Shown: piece after piece, positions 50,321 through 64,000 of the stretch
How positions within the stretch are numbered: position 1 is the stretch's first letter
Layout of the letters: each line of letters starts with the position of its first letter
Assembly (NCBI GenBank): GCA_951406725.2
Contig: OX597821.1
Location: forward strand, 116,002,001 to 116,066,000
Length of the DNA: 64,000 bases
Direction: 5' to 3'
DNA from: Octopus vulgaris
Taxonomy: Eukaryota
Notes under the pieces: generated by a model
The model's input: the letters and a program-made list of their open reading frames with translations, nothing else
Database searches by the model: none
Told to the model about the DNA's origin: nothing
Made by a program: the position numbers and the translations under genes

Positions 50321-51994
50321 TTTAATAATAGTTGTTCATAAATATAAGCTTTCGTTTGTCTAATCACATACTATTGTTACTTATTTTATTTAGCACGAAA
50401 GCATAACTGAAGCACTATCTTTGGTGGTTTAGAAGTAAATAACCCAGATTAAAAGTAATGAGTAGAAAATGAAAGTCAATAACGAGAATGAAATAAACAA
50501 CTGCTTTTTTCTTTCTTTCCTTTTTTTTTCTGTATCTCATTTCTGCAAAATTTTGATTTAGTATTCAGGGATCTAAACACCGGAACAAATTTAGTAGGAA
50601 CTAAAATAAAACTGGTGTAAGTGCTTTCAGCTATTTATTTCATTCTCAATTATTGAGTAACCTTGAACTTGCGTCAACCAAAAATCGAGGCCATGTTTTG
50701 AACCGAACTATTTCTTGGTTAATGGGACTCATGGGTTCCTCTTTTCAGGAATCAGGCAAATGCTCTATATATTAAGAACAATAGAATGAGTATTCAATCA
50801 TTTATGCCTTTTCCAAGTGCTTTAAAAGTTCCAGTTTCCGGAGTTGCAATCCTGACTTACTGTTAATATGCGTTTTGCTGCACGGTCCTTGCGACATTTC
50901 TGAGGAAAACATTCGTTCCTTAGGCAGAGAGAAATAGTACTGTATATCGTTATGTCTATTAAAAACAAAAAACAAAAACATCGGCAACGCAAATAAAATG
51001 AATTAAAGTCAACTGAGGATCGAGTCCGACTTGCCTCAAATTAAGCTCTACGTTGCAAGGTTTTGTAAGAAAATGATTGTTGATGTATTATATTATAATG
51101 ATAAAAACCAGGTGTGATAATAGTAAACAATATCAAAATATTTTAGAGATAAGCGATATAACTACATATTCAGTGAATGTTAACGTCTAGCTATATTTAG
51201 AAGATTAGAATGATGATTCTTAAGTAGCTGAATGGAAGTTAGAGCGTCGGACAAAATATCTTGCGATATATATTCCAACTACCTGCTTTTTGACTTTAGA
51301 TACCGCAGAGGTCAACTTTACTTTTCACCGTTTAGGGATTGATAAAGTACCAGTCTAGGCTGGGGAACGGAACTGGCAGAATTGTTATAGCGTCAGACGT
51401 ACTATCTTATAGTATTTGTGTCAGCATTTTGCGTTCTGAGGTCAACTTTGTCCGTGGCTTATGTAGATGGAAGATTTAATCTGCCATTCGGTTTTACATT
51501 GCCATCCTCCGGTCCTTATGTACTTTTAGCCGATCCACTCCGTTGTAAGCATTCAAGGCAAGTTTCTGGTGCGAGGGTACTTCTTCCTTGCCACCATTTC
51601 GAACATTTGGAAAGAAAGAATTTTAGGCTTTTGAATGTAGACAAGAATAAATTAATGAAATATTCTAACATATTTCATTAATTTTTAGAACTTTGTGAGA
51701 TTTAAATTCTTAATGCAAAAGCGTGATTCTAAACATTGTAATGTAGTCCAAGACGGAGATTTATAAGAAAAAATTCTCATCATCAGAGATGCATATATTG
51801 TCAGCCACTGAGTGATATGCTGAAGTGGTTAATATCAAGCAACCGACAAACAAATCTTCAGTATTGAGCAGAATATTTGCTATAATGCTGTTTCTGCTTC
51901 AGCAACTCAGCGTTGAATCTGTCTGAAATGTAATGGAAAATTGATCAGCTTCAAAGCATTGATATCTAGGTCACAAAAGTAAAGTTTGAAGTCA

Positions 51995-52381
51995 TTTCCT
52001 TTGATAACGACGATGCCGTGGTGATCTCATACTCGCTCACAACATCATAAGCGGAAAGTGCAACCTCTCGAAAGAGCTGTTCTTCACTCCTGCTCCAGAG
52101 CGTGGGCCGCGGGATCACTCCGAAAAGCTCTATCTACGATGGTTTCATCTCAATCGAAGGAGAGGGGCTTTCTCCGCTCGGGTTGCGGATCCGTGGAATA
52201 AGTTGCCGGACGAGATAGTGAAGATGCCGACGACCGCTCGGTTCATAGTCTCTCTTGACCAGAAATGGCCTGAACTCTTTGTATGACCACCCTCCCTGTA
52301 CATAACTCCCTGTCCCCTTACATGGCCTTGCTTTTGCTTTTTGAGCCAATAAAAAAATTTGAATTGAATTGAAATTGAATT
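51995..52381 (+). mobile_element. CR1-clade LINE 3' end, same family, with (TTGAA)n tail
   Basis: Homologous to 14391-14700 and extends further 5' to RRCRGDLILAHNII. Confidence 0.87.
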
Positions 52382-53038
52382 GGAAACAACACTTACTGAC
52401 CAAAGACAAAAAAAATAAATCAAGATAAAAATAGAAATAAACATAAAACTAAACAATTAAAACATTTGTTACACGGTGTTACACAATAAAGTCTAATGAA
52501 GCTAAGAGCAATGGTGACCACCATGTCAAATGTACCAGTATCCAACACAAGTAGAAAAAATATATAAAAAATATATATCTATAATGATTACAAGTTGAAA
52601 TACTTAAGGAATTATCTTTAACATATAAATTAATGAAAATGCCGTATTTGTGCATTTGCTTTAGTTTAGATTGTGAAGACGAAAATAAAATATTAAGACA
52701 AATATAGAACAATATTCCAGAGGTATGTAACAGACGTAAATAAAATGAAACTGAAACGTATGCTGCATTTAACTTATCTTCCATCTGCCTGCCTGAGAGA
52801 TGTTCAGTGTTCTGTAACGTTATCAATGAACATATAGTCATTTATTACAAGCTGTTTCTTAAATGGTTTGACTTGTACCATTTCAAACATTAAACAAAGG
52901 AATAGTTGTATCGACTTCTTTATCACATTTCAAGAATAACTTGCTTGTTCCTCGCGTTTGATTTTCGAAGCGAAGCAAGAATATCATTGCACATACGGCA
53001 TACACAAACACACGAACACACGTAAACACACACACACA

Positions 53039-53158
<120 letters not shown>

Positions 53159-53538
53159 ATTTCCCTTGTCGCTCTCACTCTTACACAAACACGTATAAAA
53201 TTAATGGAGTAAATTTTCTCAGAATAAGAAATATTTTACGCATAAAAGTATGTAGAAACAAGCAAAAATGCTAGTTCTAAAATCTCTCTAAGAGATCAAC
53301 GCAGTGTTTGTACTAACAAGTGATGTTCGTAGCCACTTCAACATGGCTGTCCGTTCGCTTGAAGGTGGATGCAGCTGTGCATTGTTAACCAGCTAGAGGA
53401 GATTCCTCTTGGGGTTAAAAGTTCACAGCAAAGTCTGTTCGAAGGGACAGCCATGTTGAAGTGGCTAGGAACACATTACTTGTTGATATTTAGAAAGAAC
53501 TTTATAAACATACATACATACGTACATACATACCATAC

Positions 53539-53606
<68 letters not shown>

Positions 53607-53817
53607 ATATAAATTAGAAAAAACTACTATTATGCAATTCAAACAATGATAGACATAAACCAAATCATAAATAAAAAATGAAAAGTATTTTTTAAAACAT
53701 ATAACTAGATCACATAGTGTTTTTTCTCTAATTTATATATATTATATATTTATATTATGAAATTTGATTTAATAGTAAATTGAATTTTTCCCTGTAAGTT
53801 TGGAGTTATACTCCCTA

Positions 53818-54466
<649 letters not shown>

Positions 54467-54472
54467 AAATAT

Positions 54473-55321
<849 letters not shown>

Positions 55322-55809
55322 TATATGGGTACAGGACGTCATCAAATGTGCAAACATGAAATTCGTAAACAAACGAGTAAGATACGTAAAGAACGAGAGA
55401 AAAAAAACTGAAAAACAGGACAAATAAACACAAAGAAAGGACTCTTCATCAGTTGCCGGCTGCCTGTCTACTTCTCATTTCGAGGATTCAACGACATTAT
55501 GAGTCTTCAAAGACAGTTGCTTTCATAAATTCTAAAATAAAATTTAGGATTTATGGAGGGCCAAAGTTGGAAACAAAAATAGGACGGTGGAGACATACAA
55601 GGAAGTCGAAACATGGAGGGTCGTTAGACCAGAACAAGAGAAAAATAGTGAACTCTGGGAGAAATATTTTCTTTGAAAAGAGAAAAGATAAAAGATAGAG
55701 AGAAAAAAAGTCCAGTCCTTTGAACGTCTGTGCAGGAAAAGTGAGATGGTCACGTGAGGAAAAGAAAGATCTATGTATGATATGGATGTCGATAGAACCC
55801 TGTATTTTG

Positions 55810-56427
55810 CCAAGAAGATAGTCTCCGACTTTATTAGGCAGAATATTCAAAAGGTGGTTGGGAGCTGTGGTAGGTGTTAATCCATCGACCCTGCTCCGGG
55901 TGTGCATTAGCCGGGAAACATCTCGGTGGAGCACAACTGGAGGCGATTGGCGGTGGATGTGACACACTATCAGCAGGGAACATGTATCTCGATGGTCGAC
56001 TGAAGACCGGGTCGGATCGCGATATGGAGGGAAATTAAGACTGGTACTGCGGATGAGGTTGCACGTATCCAGAACAAGGTATTCCTGGAGCGGGGCCCTG
56101 TAGACGAACTGCTGATGGATGACGGCACTGCATTTCGTTCGGAAATGCTGAAGGAGATGTTCGATAAGTGGAATGTGCATCACTTTTTCAGAGTGGAAAT
56201 GAGATCGTGGAAAGAAACCATCGCACAATCAAGGGCAGAGCGCATCTCACTACTGGAAGTAGTATTTTGATACAATATACCACCCCAATCAGGACAGGCC
56301 GACGAGTCCGTGCAATACAGAGCGATATTCAGGTATGAAAGGTGACTCCCACGTACAGCATCACAAAGCTCTGTGCAAGAGAGAGAGAGAGAGAGAGGGG
56401 GAGAGAGAGAAAGAGAGATAGAGAGAA

Positions 56428-56472
<45 letters not shown>

Positions 56473-57060
56473 TGCCTCCGTGAAGGTAGATGAAGTCTGG
56501 GTCAATCCCCCAAAGGCATGCTGCACATCTCAATAGAACAGAGAGACAGTAACGGCTGTTATTTCCTGATATAATGTCTTTGTGAATAGAATGCCGCGTC
56601 ACATCTTGGATGTTCGCATAATTGTTGCCTCGTCGGACGATGAAGGTGGAGGAAAGGAAGCGAGCGGTGCTCCATCCCTGCAGAGATCACAGCGAATGAG
56701 ACGTCTGCCCAAGTGATTAGAAAATTTCAACAAGGAGTGAAGTGATAAGGTGATCTTTGAGATCAGGAGACGTATAGGGATGATATGAACCGGAAGGAAA
56801 GGGTCAGTGACGTCAATGTCTGAGAGGCCCTACCGGAAGAGGAAGAGGGAGTGAGTAAGTGGGCGGAAGTAAGACCAGTGTGAGCCTTTTGGCCCCAGGA
56901 GCGGGAGTGGACGGACGCGTGTAGACGTGCGATCTAGGAATGACATTAGCTCTAGGTTCTGACGACAGGTCAGACGGGTAGGCGACACACAAAGGTAGGT
57001 TAAATGCACTTTGTTCCTTATATTACAGTTATCCATATTACACAAACATATAATATATTG
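55810..57060 (+). mobile_element. Gypsy-type LTR retrotransposon fragment (decayed integrase, probable PPT and LTR from about 56775)
   Basis: SIDPAP...WRRLAVDVTHY...AIWREIK...LERGP..ELL...VERNHRTIK...VF*YN...DEVWVNPP..C, with stops and frameshifts. Confidence 0.8.
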
Positions 57061-59769
57061 CATGATCTACTTGTACCCATTATAGATAAATACAACATTA
57101 ATCCTGTATCATACCTAACCACAGATTAACAGTATAAATAGGCGATTTAAATGCCAGAAGTAAAACAATTTTCCATCAGTAAACCACAAATCTGGAAGCC
57201 AGAGAACGAATTTCAGACAACTAATTTAGACATGAAGATATATATTTCATGACTCAAACTCTTACAATGAATATGCAACTTTGATGTTTTCTTGCTGATT
57301 CTCCATGTAATGTACAAGGGCCATCACAGTAGACAGAATACCAAGTACAACTACAGAACGAACGGCATTGGGTGTTCCGTGTAGAATCACGCCCGTACGC
57401 ACATACGCACACACACGTACACACGCGCGCGCGCGCACACACACACACACATAAACACACACAAACACACACACTCACAAACCATGTCTCTATTTTCTCT
57501 TTCTTTCTTTCTTTCCTTCTTTCTTTCTTTCTTTCTTTCTTTCTCTCTCCCTAGTTTAGCCACAGAAAAATCATAATTGCAAAATATAACCCAAAAGTGA
57601 TCACTGAAATACCCCACGAGTGGAAAAAACTGAGTGAGTACCCGGGAGTTAACAGCGTATTAATTCAACGCATAATGACAATGATACATGAAATTCACTA
57701 TTAAACCGATAATCCTTCAGTGTCTGTTACATGTAAATGCGATTTTCAGAATGCCTAGAAATGTTGATGAATATAGGAAGGTTATTATTCCTCTGAGCCA
57801 TACACACAAATTATTTGTGATTCTAAATGCTTCAGTGTAGTGGGAGTAAACTAAGACTTAAATCAACAATCCTCAATACAAAAAAGGTATTGATAATGTA
57901 CGTTCAGTCGATAAGAATTCGCCTAAAAACAGATTACATTTTGTTAGCGATATGCGAGATGAATAGGTATCGCTGATAAGACTTTGTGTCATCAGGAGCT
58001 GTTAGACTCTTCAGGTTTAGGACGGAAATTGTATACATGCACACAGTAGAGTCATACACAGCTTACTTTCATTCTTGTAAAAGCTTACTTTAACACTGTA
58101 TCAATATATCACTGTATCTAATACGCATATATTCGCTGTTACACGCACGCACACACACACACACGCGCACACAATTTTAAATACAATATGTAGAATTGAA
58201 AATATTCTGAAAGAAAAGGTTACACAAACTGTGAAAAAAATTTAATATAATTCTGACAAAATATTTTCGAAACTTAAAGAAGACCATTTTCAAAGGCAAA
58301 TACAAATATCAATGAATAGCCAAAAGCATCATAGCTAAATGTATGTGTTCTACAACCAAATCGTGATTACAGTCACTGTATACAATGAACCTATGATTTT
58401 AAACAAAAATTTATGTGAAATATCTTTACACTTTGACCTTCAATAGTTCGGTTTTACGCAAAAGCTAAAAAACATTTTGGAACTCCCAACATCCAGAATT
58501 AGATTTATCCGGGAAACATTTAAGCAAAGCGTATCATTAAATGTAAATTGACACATCAAATGGAAATGTCTGATTGAAAGCAGGCTGGCACTATAAAACC
58601 AGCCAGTGAAGATAATCCTCTCACTTCCACTGATGGACAGACAGAACGATCAGCTAAATATAGCAGAAAACAACATACTAACATTAGAAATATTGAATTT
58701 CTAAATGTCTCAACGAGAATATTCAGGTTGCTAGTCCTAGCTGGTGGGGGTGCTTGCTTCCCCTTTGCGAATATAAGGACACTGGAAATGTGTCAAAGCC
58801 GACAGGAAGCGTCGATGCTTCCTAGGGCTATATAGCGGTGGTGTAATTCCCTTTACGGGACTGTCACGTTATGTTGACTTTATACAACCACTCAACATAC
58901 TAACAATTTAGCTGAAATTCATATCTAAAACTTGTGGACGCTTTACCAATAATCTGGGATGACATGTTTCAACAGGTCCACAACTATAATTTGGGCGACA
59001 GTAAATAAGAATTAGAGACAGTGAACGAAAGATCAAACAAATATCAGAAGACAACACAGGCCAGAGGTATGAAAACAACCTGCGATTAACTTTTTGATAT
59101 GTATTTCAGCTATTTATTTTGCAAAGTACTATTTTTCCTTGAATTTGTGATTTCATAGAAAGGCAAGTAATTCTTCATATTTTGCATCTTTGGTATTTTG
59201 TCTTTACAGTTTGAATTGTAGAATTGTCTATCCAATCGAAATATTGCAACAGCTAACAGTGAAATATAGAATTTTACAAAAAGCTTTTTCGACTGTTATC
59301 AAGTCTTCACGTCTGTTTTTCAAAAATATCTTATTTGAAATATATTGCTTTTGTTTTGGACTGGAAATTGTTTGTATTTTAATGTTCTTGAATAAACTTC
59401 CTCGCATACAAAAGCTGAGACAACTATACTTCACAGTTGTTATTTTGAAATGCTTGTCTTCTGATATTTACGAGTCCATTGAATAACTATTCAACCCTGT
59501 TGGCCTTCCTAAACATAAACTAATATGATATTTCCAGCCCTAAATAAAATTAACTTGTACTTTTAAAGATGTTCTTCAGGATAACGTGAAATATTGAGCT
59601 TCAGATTGAATAAAGTAAAATACAGCTATGAATAAAAGGTGCGTAGATTATGAATTTTGATTGAAGAGATGGGGGCCTCAAAATAAAAAGGTGCAGAGCC
59701 TCTAAAAGTCATGCTACGGCCCTGCGTCCGGAACATCATGTATAAATTATACACTGGCTGCCTCAATCT

Positions 59770-60165
59770 GTTATTGCAGGATCATTGTGCCACCGACAAT
59801 ATTATAACTCAAGCAAATTGGAGGAAAGAAGATGTGGAGCTGTATACAGCAGCTAGTAATTAACAAAATGATGCATGAAATAAACAAAAAGAAAAACGGA
59901 AAAAATTGCAGGAACTTAGCCGTAGTGTGACTGGATTACCAGAAGGCTTTTGGAAGTATACCACGTAGTTGGATTATCAAGGCTTTACAGTTAGCAAAAA
60001 CCCCACAACTACTTTGTACTTTATCGAACCACTTTGTTCCGTAGGAGTGATAAAGAGCAAATTGAGTCGAATCGCATTCACTAACAAAAAGGCATTTTCA
60101 GGGTGATAACTTGTTGGTGTTGCTCTTCGTCTGCGCATTAAACCTATTATCAAACCTGCTCACAA
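59770..60165 (+). mobile_element. R4-like non-LTR reverse transcriptase fragment
   Basis: RNLAVV*LDYQKAFGSIPRSWIIKAL and GIFQGDNL..LLFV.AL. Confidence 0.75.
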
Positions 60166-60465
60166 AAAAGTAACTGGAAGGGCATTCGGCTATGGAAAAT
60201 CTGCCTCAATGAAATTTGTTCGATCTAAGCAATCATGGGAAAGTAGACGTTAAAATTTTTTAGTTCGTTTTTCGTACAAAAGAACAAAAGAAATATTTGG
60301 AATCTGTTAGATTTTTATATTCGCAACCAGGAACATTCCATCGTATCTAAAAGTCTCATAGAATTTAAATGAAATTAAAATAATGGAAAATAAAATGGTA
60401 GTTTCACACACTAATACAGACAAACGTACGCGCGTGCACACACGCACACGCGTGCGCTCACATAT

Positions 60466-60580
60466 ACAAGGGCCGGCTGAAAAGTTCATAGACTGATCAA
60501 GGTACTCTCATAGAATGTGACCAAATAAAGCTTATTTTTCAACATAGTGCAACTTTTAGTTCACGCACGTCTTCCATCGA
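60466..60580. mobile_element. Mariner-like terminal fragment
   Basis: TACAAGGGCCGGCTGAAAAGTTC is a TIR-like start after TA. Confidence 0.45.
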
Positions 60581-61607
60581 CGTCATATGCTCAAAAACAC
60601 AATAGAAACTAAACTTTATCACATATTATAAAATGAAAGGCTAAAGAATATAAGAAAACACAGCAAATCATACCGCACAATAAAAACAGAGAAATTTTTC
60701 AATTAATCTTATTATAGATATACAATAATAATAAAAAAGACAAACTTTCTGGGCCATAAAACATTCTACTAAAGAACTACCAGAATCGGTAGTGTATTTA
60801 GCACAATACTAAACACAAAAAGTCTGTATTGATGTATCAATTGAACATTGCATACCAAGGACAGACGCTCTTTAAAATACCCAGACCCATAATATTGATT
60901 AGAGAAAAATACATATACATATATACACATACAAACACAAGCATATCCTATTCACGTATCGGTGACGCTTTTGATTCCATAGACTAGAAATTACGTTAAA
61001 ATAAAATCAAGGCGATTGAATACGCTAAAATAGCAATTCAATAACAATAAATGATGCGAAAAAAGGTTAATATATGTTTATATATGGGATTAGTAAGGAA
61101 CCTTCTGGAAAACATTCTCTAACAACTAATTAATTACTTTTAACTGAGAACCAGGTCAATTTGAACATTACATTCTCATTTGATCAGAGGCCTGCTTAAT
61201 TTGCGATTGAGTAATCCTATGATGAAAAGCGTCCAGGTTTTGATCATTATATATTTTTTGGTTTTTGTATATTCAAGACTACATTGTCCGACATATCCCT
61301 CATTTTCAGACAATAGGATGTGATTCAAGGGAGATGCAGGTGCTATGTCTAAACCGAACGACCACATAGAGGCTCTCTCACTGGCTCAGTTTCTATACAT
61401 TGTGCAGTAACGTGGTACATACAATAAGAATTGAAAATTTTTGGAAGTCTGAAAGAATTGAATGGATGGTATATTACTGGAACTTATTTCGTTGGTCATA
61501 AATGGATGAACAAAATAGACAAGATAATCGAGATGAAAAATGAAGAAGGTTACGCAAAAATCAAGTCTACCTGTCTATTTCAAAAGTTTAAAAAATTAAA
61601 TATTTAC

Positions 61608-61649
61608 CTGTTCATGGAGAAAGCAGAATAGCAGGGATAAAATTAGTCC
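61608..61649 (-). CDS. Class B1 GPCR 42-nt exon (end of TM7)
   Basis: cctttcag and gtaaat sites. GLILSLLFCFLHEQ corresponds to the GFFVAVLYCFLNGE 14-codon exon of secretin-family receptors. Confidence 0.93.
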
Positions 61650-62583
61650 CTGAAAGGCAAAAACAGAAAAAAGTGATTTGCTCAAAATATTTGCTTATGA
61701 TATTAGGATATTAATTCATTTTTAGTTTTAACCGACAATTTAGATTCACATGATATAGCTTAGCTAGAGTTATATCACGTAGGACGTTACAGTGAGATAG
61801 GTGAAGACTTTCAAAATGTTCCATAAGAAAAGAACCAACATTTTCAATGTTTGTAACGAAGAACGATGCCGTGTTTGTAAGTTCAATGTTATTTCTGGAT
61901 AATGAAATATATTTGTGGAGTAAGGGATTAACAAAAGATAGTGCCTATTTAAATGTAGACTTTTTTTAACAATATTTTCTGGCTTTGAACTAGAAATGAG
62001 ACTTAAACAACAACAGTGTCTACTTTCCAGAAACTGGAAAAATACATTGACCAGACCACTAAAGAGTCTAACTGAATTGAGAGAACTGGTGACAGATCTG
62101 TTAGAAACTCTTCCCGCTAAGAATAACTCTAAGTTATTCTTACCGAAAAGCCCCGCAGTTTAACGGTGTCACTTGCTGAGTTAACTAGCATTGTGACATC
62201 ACCGTAAACTGTGGGTTTGGTTTTACTTGTAATACTGGTTTTACTTAAATTACTAGAAGTGGTGTTTCGCTACTCATAGTCGCCATTGGCTATTTTGTTG
62301 CGTTATTAATTCACCCGAGGAGTGATTGAACTGAAGCAGTGTATAAATGGCAGAATTACACCTGCGGGGTTTCAACCAACAATAGAAAGAAATAGAATTA
62401 AACATCAAAGAAATTTCGTTCTGTTATTTACCTTTTTTTTTTTATTATGCATGCAGCTTTAGAAAAATTTCATACATCTTGAATTGTAATTGGTGAACCG
62501 TTTTCAAATATTATGAACTGACAGTATGAAGCATTAAAGTCTAATATCTTTCAACATAGATATTAGAGTGATTTTTTACTAAC

Positions 62584-62722
62584 CTGGAACGAACTGTATA
62601 ACATTGATACGTAAAGAAATGGCACGTCAACAGCTACGTTCATCTCTGGTGGTAGCATCATGAATAACAGATTAGGAACTCCAAACAACGGTACCAGCAT
62701 GACTGTGAACTTAGCTAATTTT
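62584..62722 (-). CDS. Class B1 (secretin/PTH-receptor-like) GPCR exon, TM6-ECL3-TM7; upstream exons not found in the window
   Basis: Reverse strand has cttttcag and gttagt sites. (R)KLAKFTVMLVPLFGVPNLLF...YVSMLYSSFQ matches the family B motifs RKLAKSTLxLxPLFG and SFQ. Confidence 0.93.
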
Positions 62723-64000
62723 CTGAAAAGACATTTAGGATTGTCAATAATTTGATTAATTTAATGAGACATGTGCCTAATACCCGTTTCTCTTATGTGA
62801 AAGAGTGAAACATATATTTTTCTAGTTATTTGTCCTTGACACTTTTAAGGGAAAGGATTTCTATTTATTTTGTATATCTTGACTAAGGAATGGTGAGCCG
62901 AATTTCTTATCTGTTCGGTCAACAGGATAATTTCACCTGTATCACAGTTTATGAAGATAGAGCAAAATCACTTTCGAAGGACACATATTAATCCCGTTTC
63001 ACGTGGGAATTAAACTTTGAACAAGAGTTAACGGAATTGGAGAACAAGCAGTTTATTGTTTGCACCTATTCGATCTTCAATGTGAAATTCTTTGGCTTGA
63101 TTTATAATCGTCAGTTACATAATCATGATGCATTGGAGGGGAAATCCGTTCCTTTCTCAAATGAAGTAGTACTTGCTTAGAATGGAAACGACATCATGGA
63201 GACCTCCATCACTATTCACATATTCAGTTTATAATATTTTCTTATTTAGTGGATAAAATCATAAATTACATTAAAAAACGAAAGAAATTATGCAGTTGTC
63301 TTTTTCAACTTCATTAATAATGTACGTAAAAACATTTTATTTTAACCGGGAACTGAAAGCAGATTGTAGTTTGCCGGGAGCTTATTTCATGATAATTTCC
63401 ATATTAGACTGTTTGAGAGGGAAGTCTGTACCAAAGGCTTTTGGAGGCCTTTCTACACCAATGGGATTCACGTAGTTAACGTTTCTTTTGAACAGTTAAA
63501 ATTTGGCGGCTGCAGGGAACAATGTGTGCAAGGATGGTTTCTTGGCGACCATTGTTCGCGGAGCACTGCATAATGGTTACTATGGGATGTGAAGATGGGA
63601 CACAATACAAGTTATGACAGGAAGAAAAGCAAGTGAGCTTGGAATGTTTCGGTGTCATGAAAGCAAATAGCTGTTCATAGGAGCAGAAAGCTGTGTTGCG
63701 ACAATATTGCAGCATTATAGCAGTAGATTGTGAAGTGAATCTATGAGCCAGGAGTTTGAGTATCTGAGTGAGATACATATGCTGATCAGTCAAGAGGCCT
63801 ATTTAGAAAGTTGAATAAAGTAATTCCTTTTTGTCTTCAGAGGAAGGGTGTTATTGATTAAGCTGGCTACAGTGCATGCAAGGCATATATTTTGTTGACT
63901 TTGATAGAGAAAAGAACAAAGTTCACACCAGTGAGATGGTGAAAAAATATAAAATAAGGCGGCGAGCTGGCAGAAACATTAGCACGCCGGGCGAAATGCT

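Noticed and set aside
14391-52060. The two CR1 copies sharing an identical 5' truncation point
   Set aside because: The second copy continues further upstream (RGDLILA), so the breakpoints differ.
55436-55490. Minus-strand GAAA...CUGAUGA (also near 30605-30650) as a type II hammerhead
   Set aside because: Stem I does not pair convincingly.
57262-57400. Hydrophobic minus-strand ORF (GVILHGTPNAVRSVVVLGILSTVMAL...) in the GPCR intron
   Set aside because: Starts in a microsatellite, has no convincing acceptor or family motif, and the GPCR model is complete without it.
62315-62362. Minus-strand GVILPFIHCFSSITPR resembling the GPCR TM7 exon
   Set aside because: Wrong splice phase and length. The 42-nt exon at 61608-61649 fits exactly.
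62900-62965. Candidate upstream GPCR exon ending TACAG|gtgaaa on the minus strand
   Set aside because: In-frame TGA immediately upstream.

Overview
AT-rich, microsatellite-rich, intron-containing eukaryotic DNA. The repeat landscape strongly resembles an Octopus (cephalopod) genome; this is inferred from the SINE sequences and not verified. Two genes converge tail to tail. (1) On the + strand is the 3' part of an integrin alpha subunit: 11 phase-compatible GT-AG exons from 2164 to 32265, covering FG-GAP repeats, thigh, genu, calf, transmembrane helix and tail. Its predicted tail lacks the canonical GFFKR motif. (2) On the - strand are the last three exons of a class B1 (secretin/PTHR-like) GPCR, from 62722 to 46816. 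The rest is transposon-derived: at least four tRNA-derived SINE families, CR1/L2, R4-like and R2/Hero-like LINE fragments, a mariner, Helitrons, a Gypsy integrase fragment and a Penelope-like GIY-YIG remnant. The most striking non-coding signal is a set of about nine type I hammerhead ribozyme motifs, some with intact cores, several sitting in the arms of long foldback elements beside (TA)n tracts. Most entries in the ORF track are microsatellite or chance ORFs.
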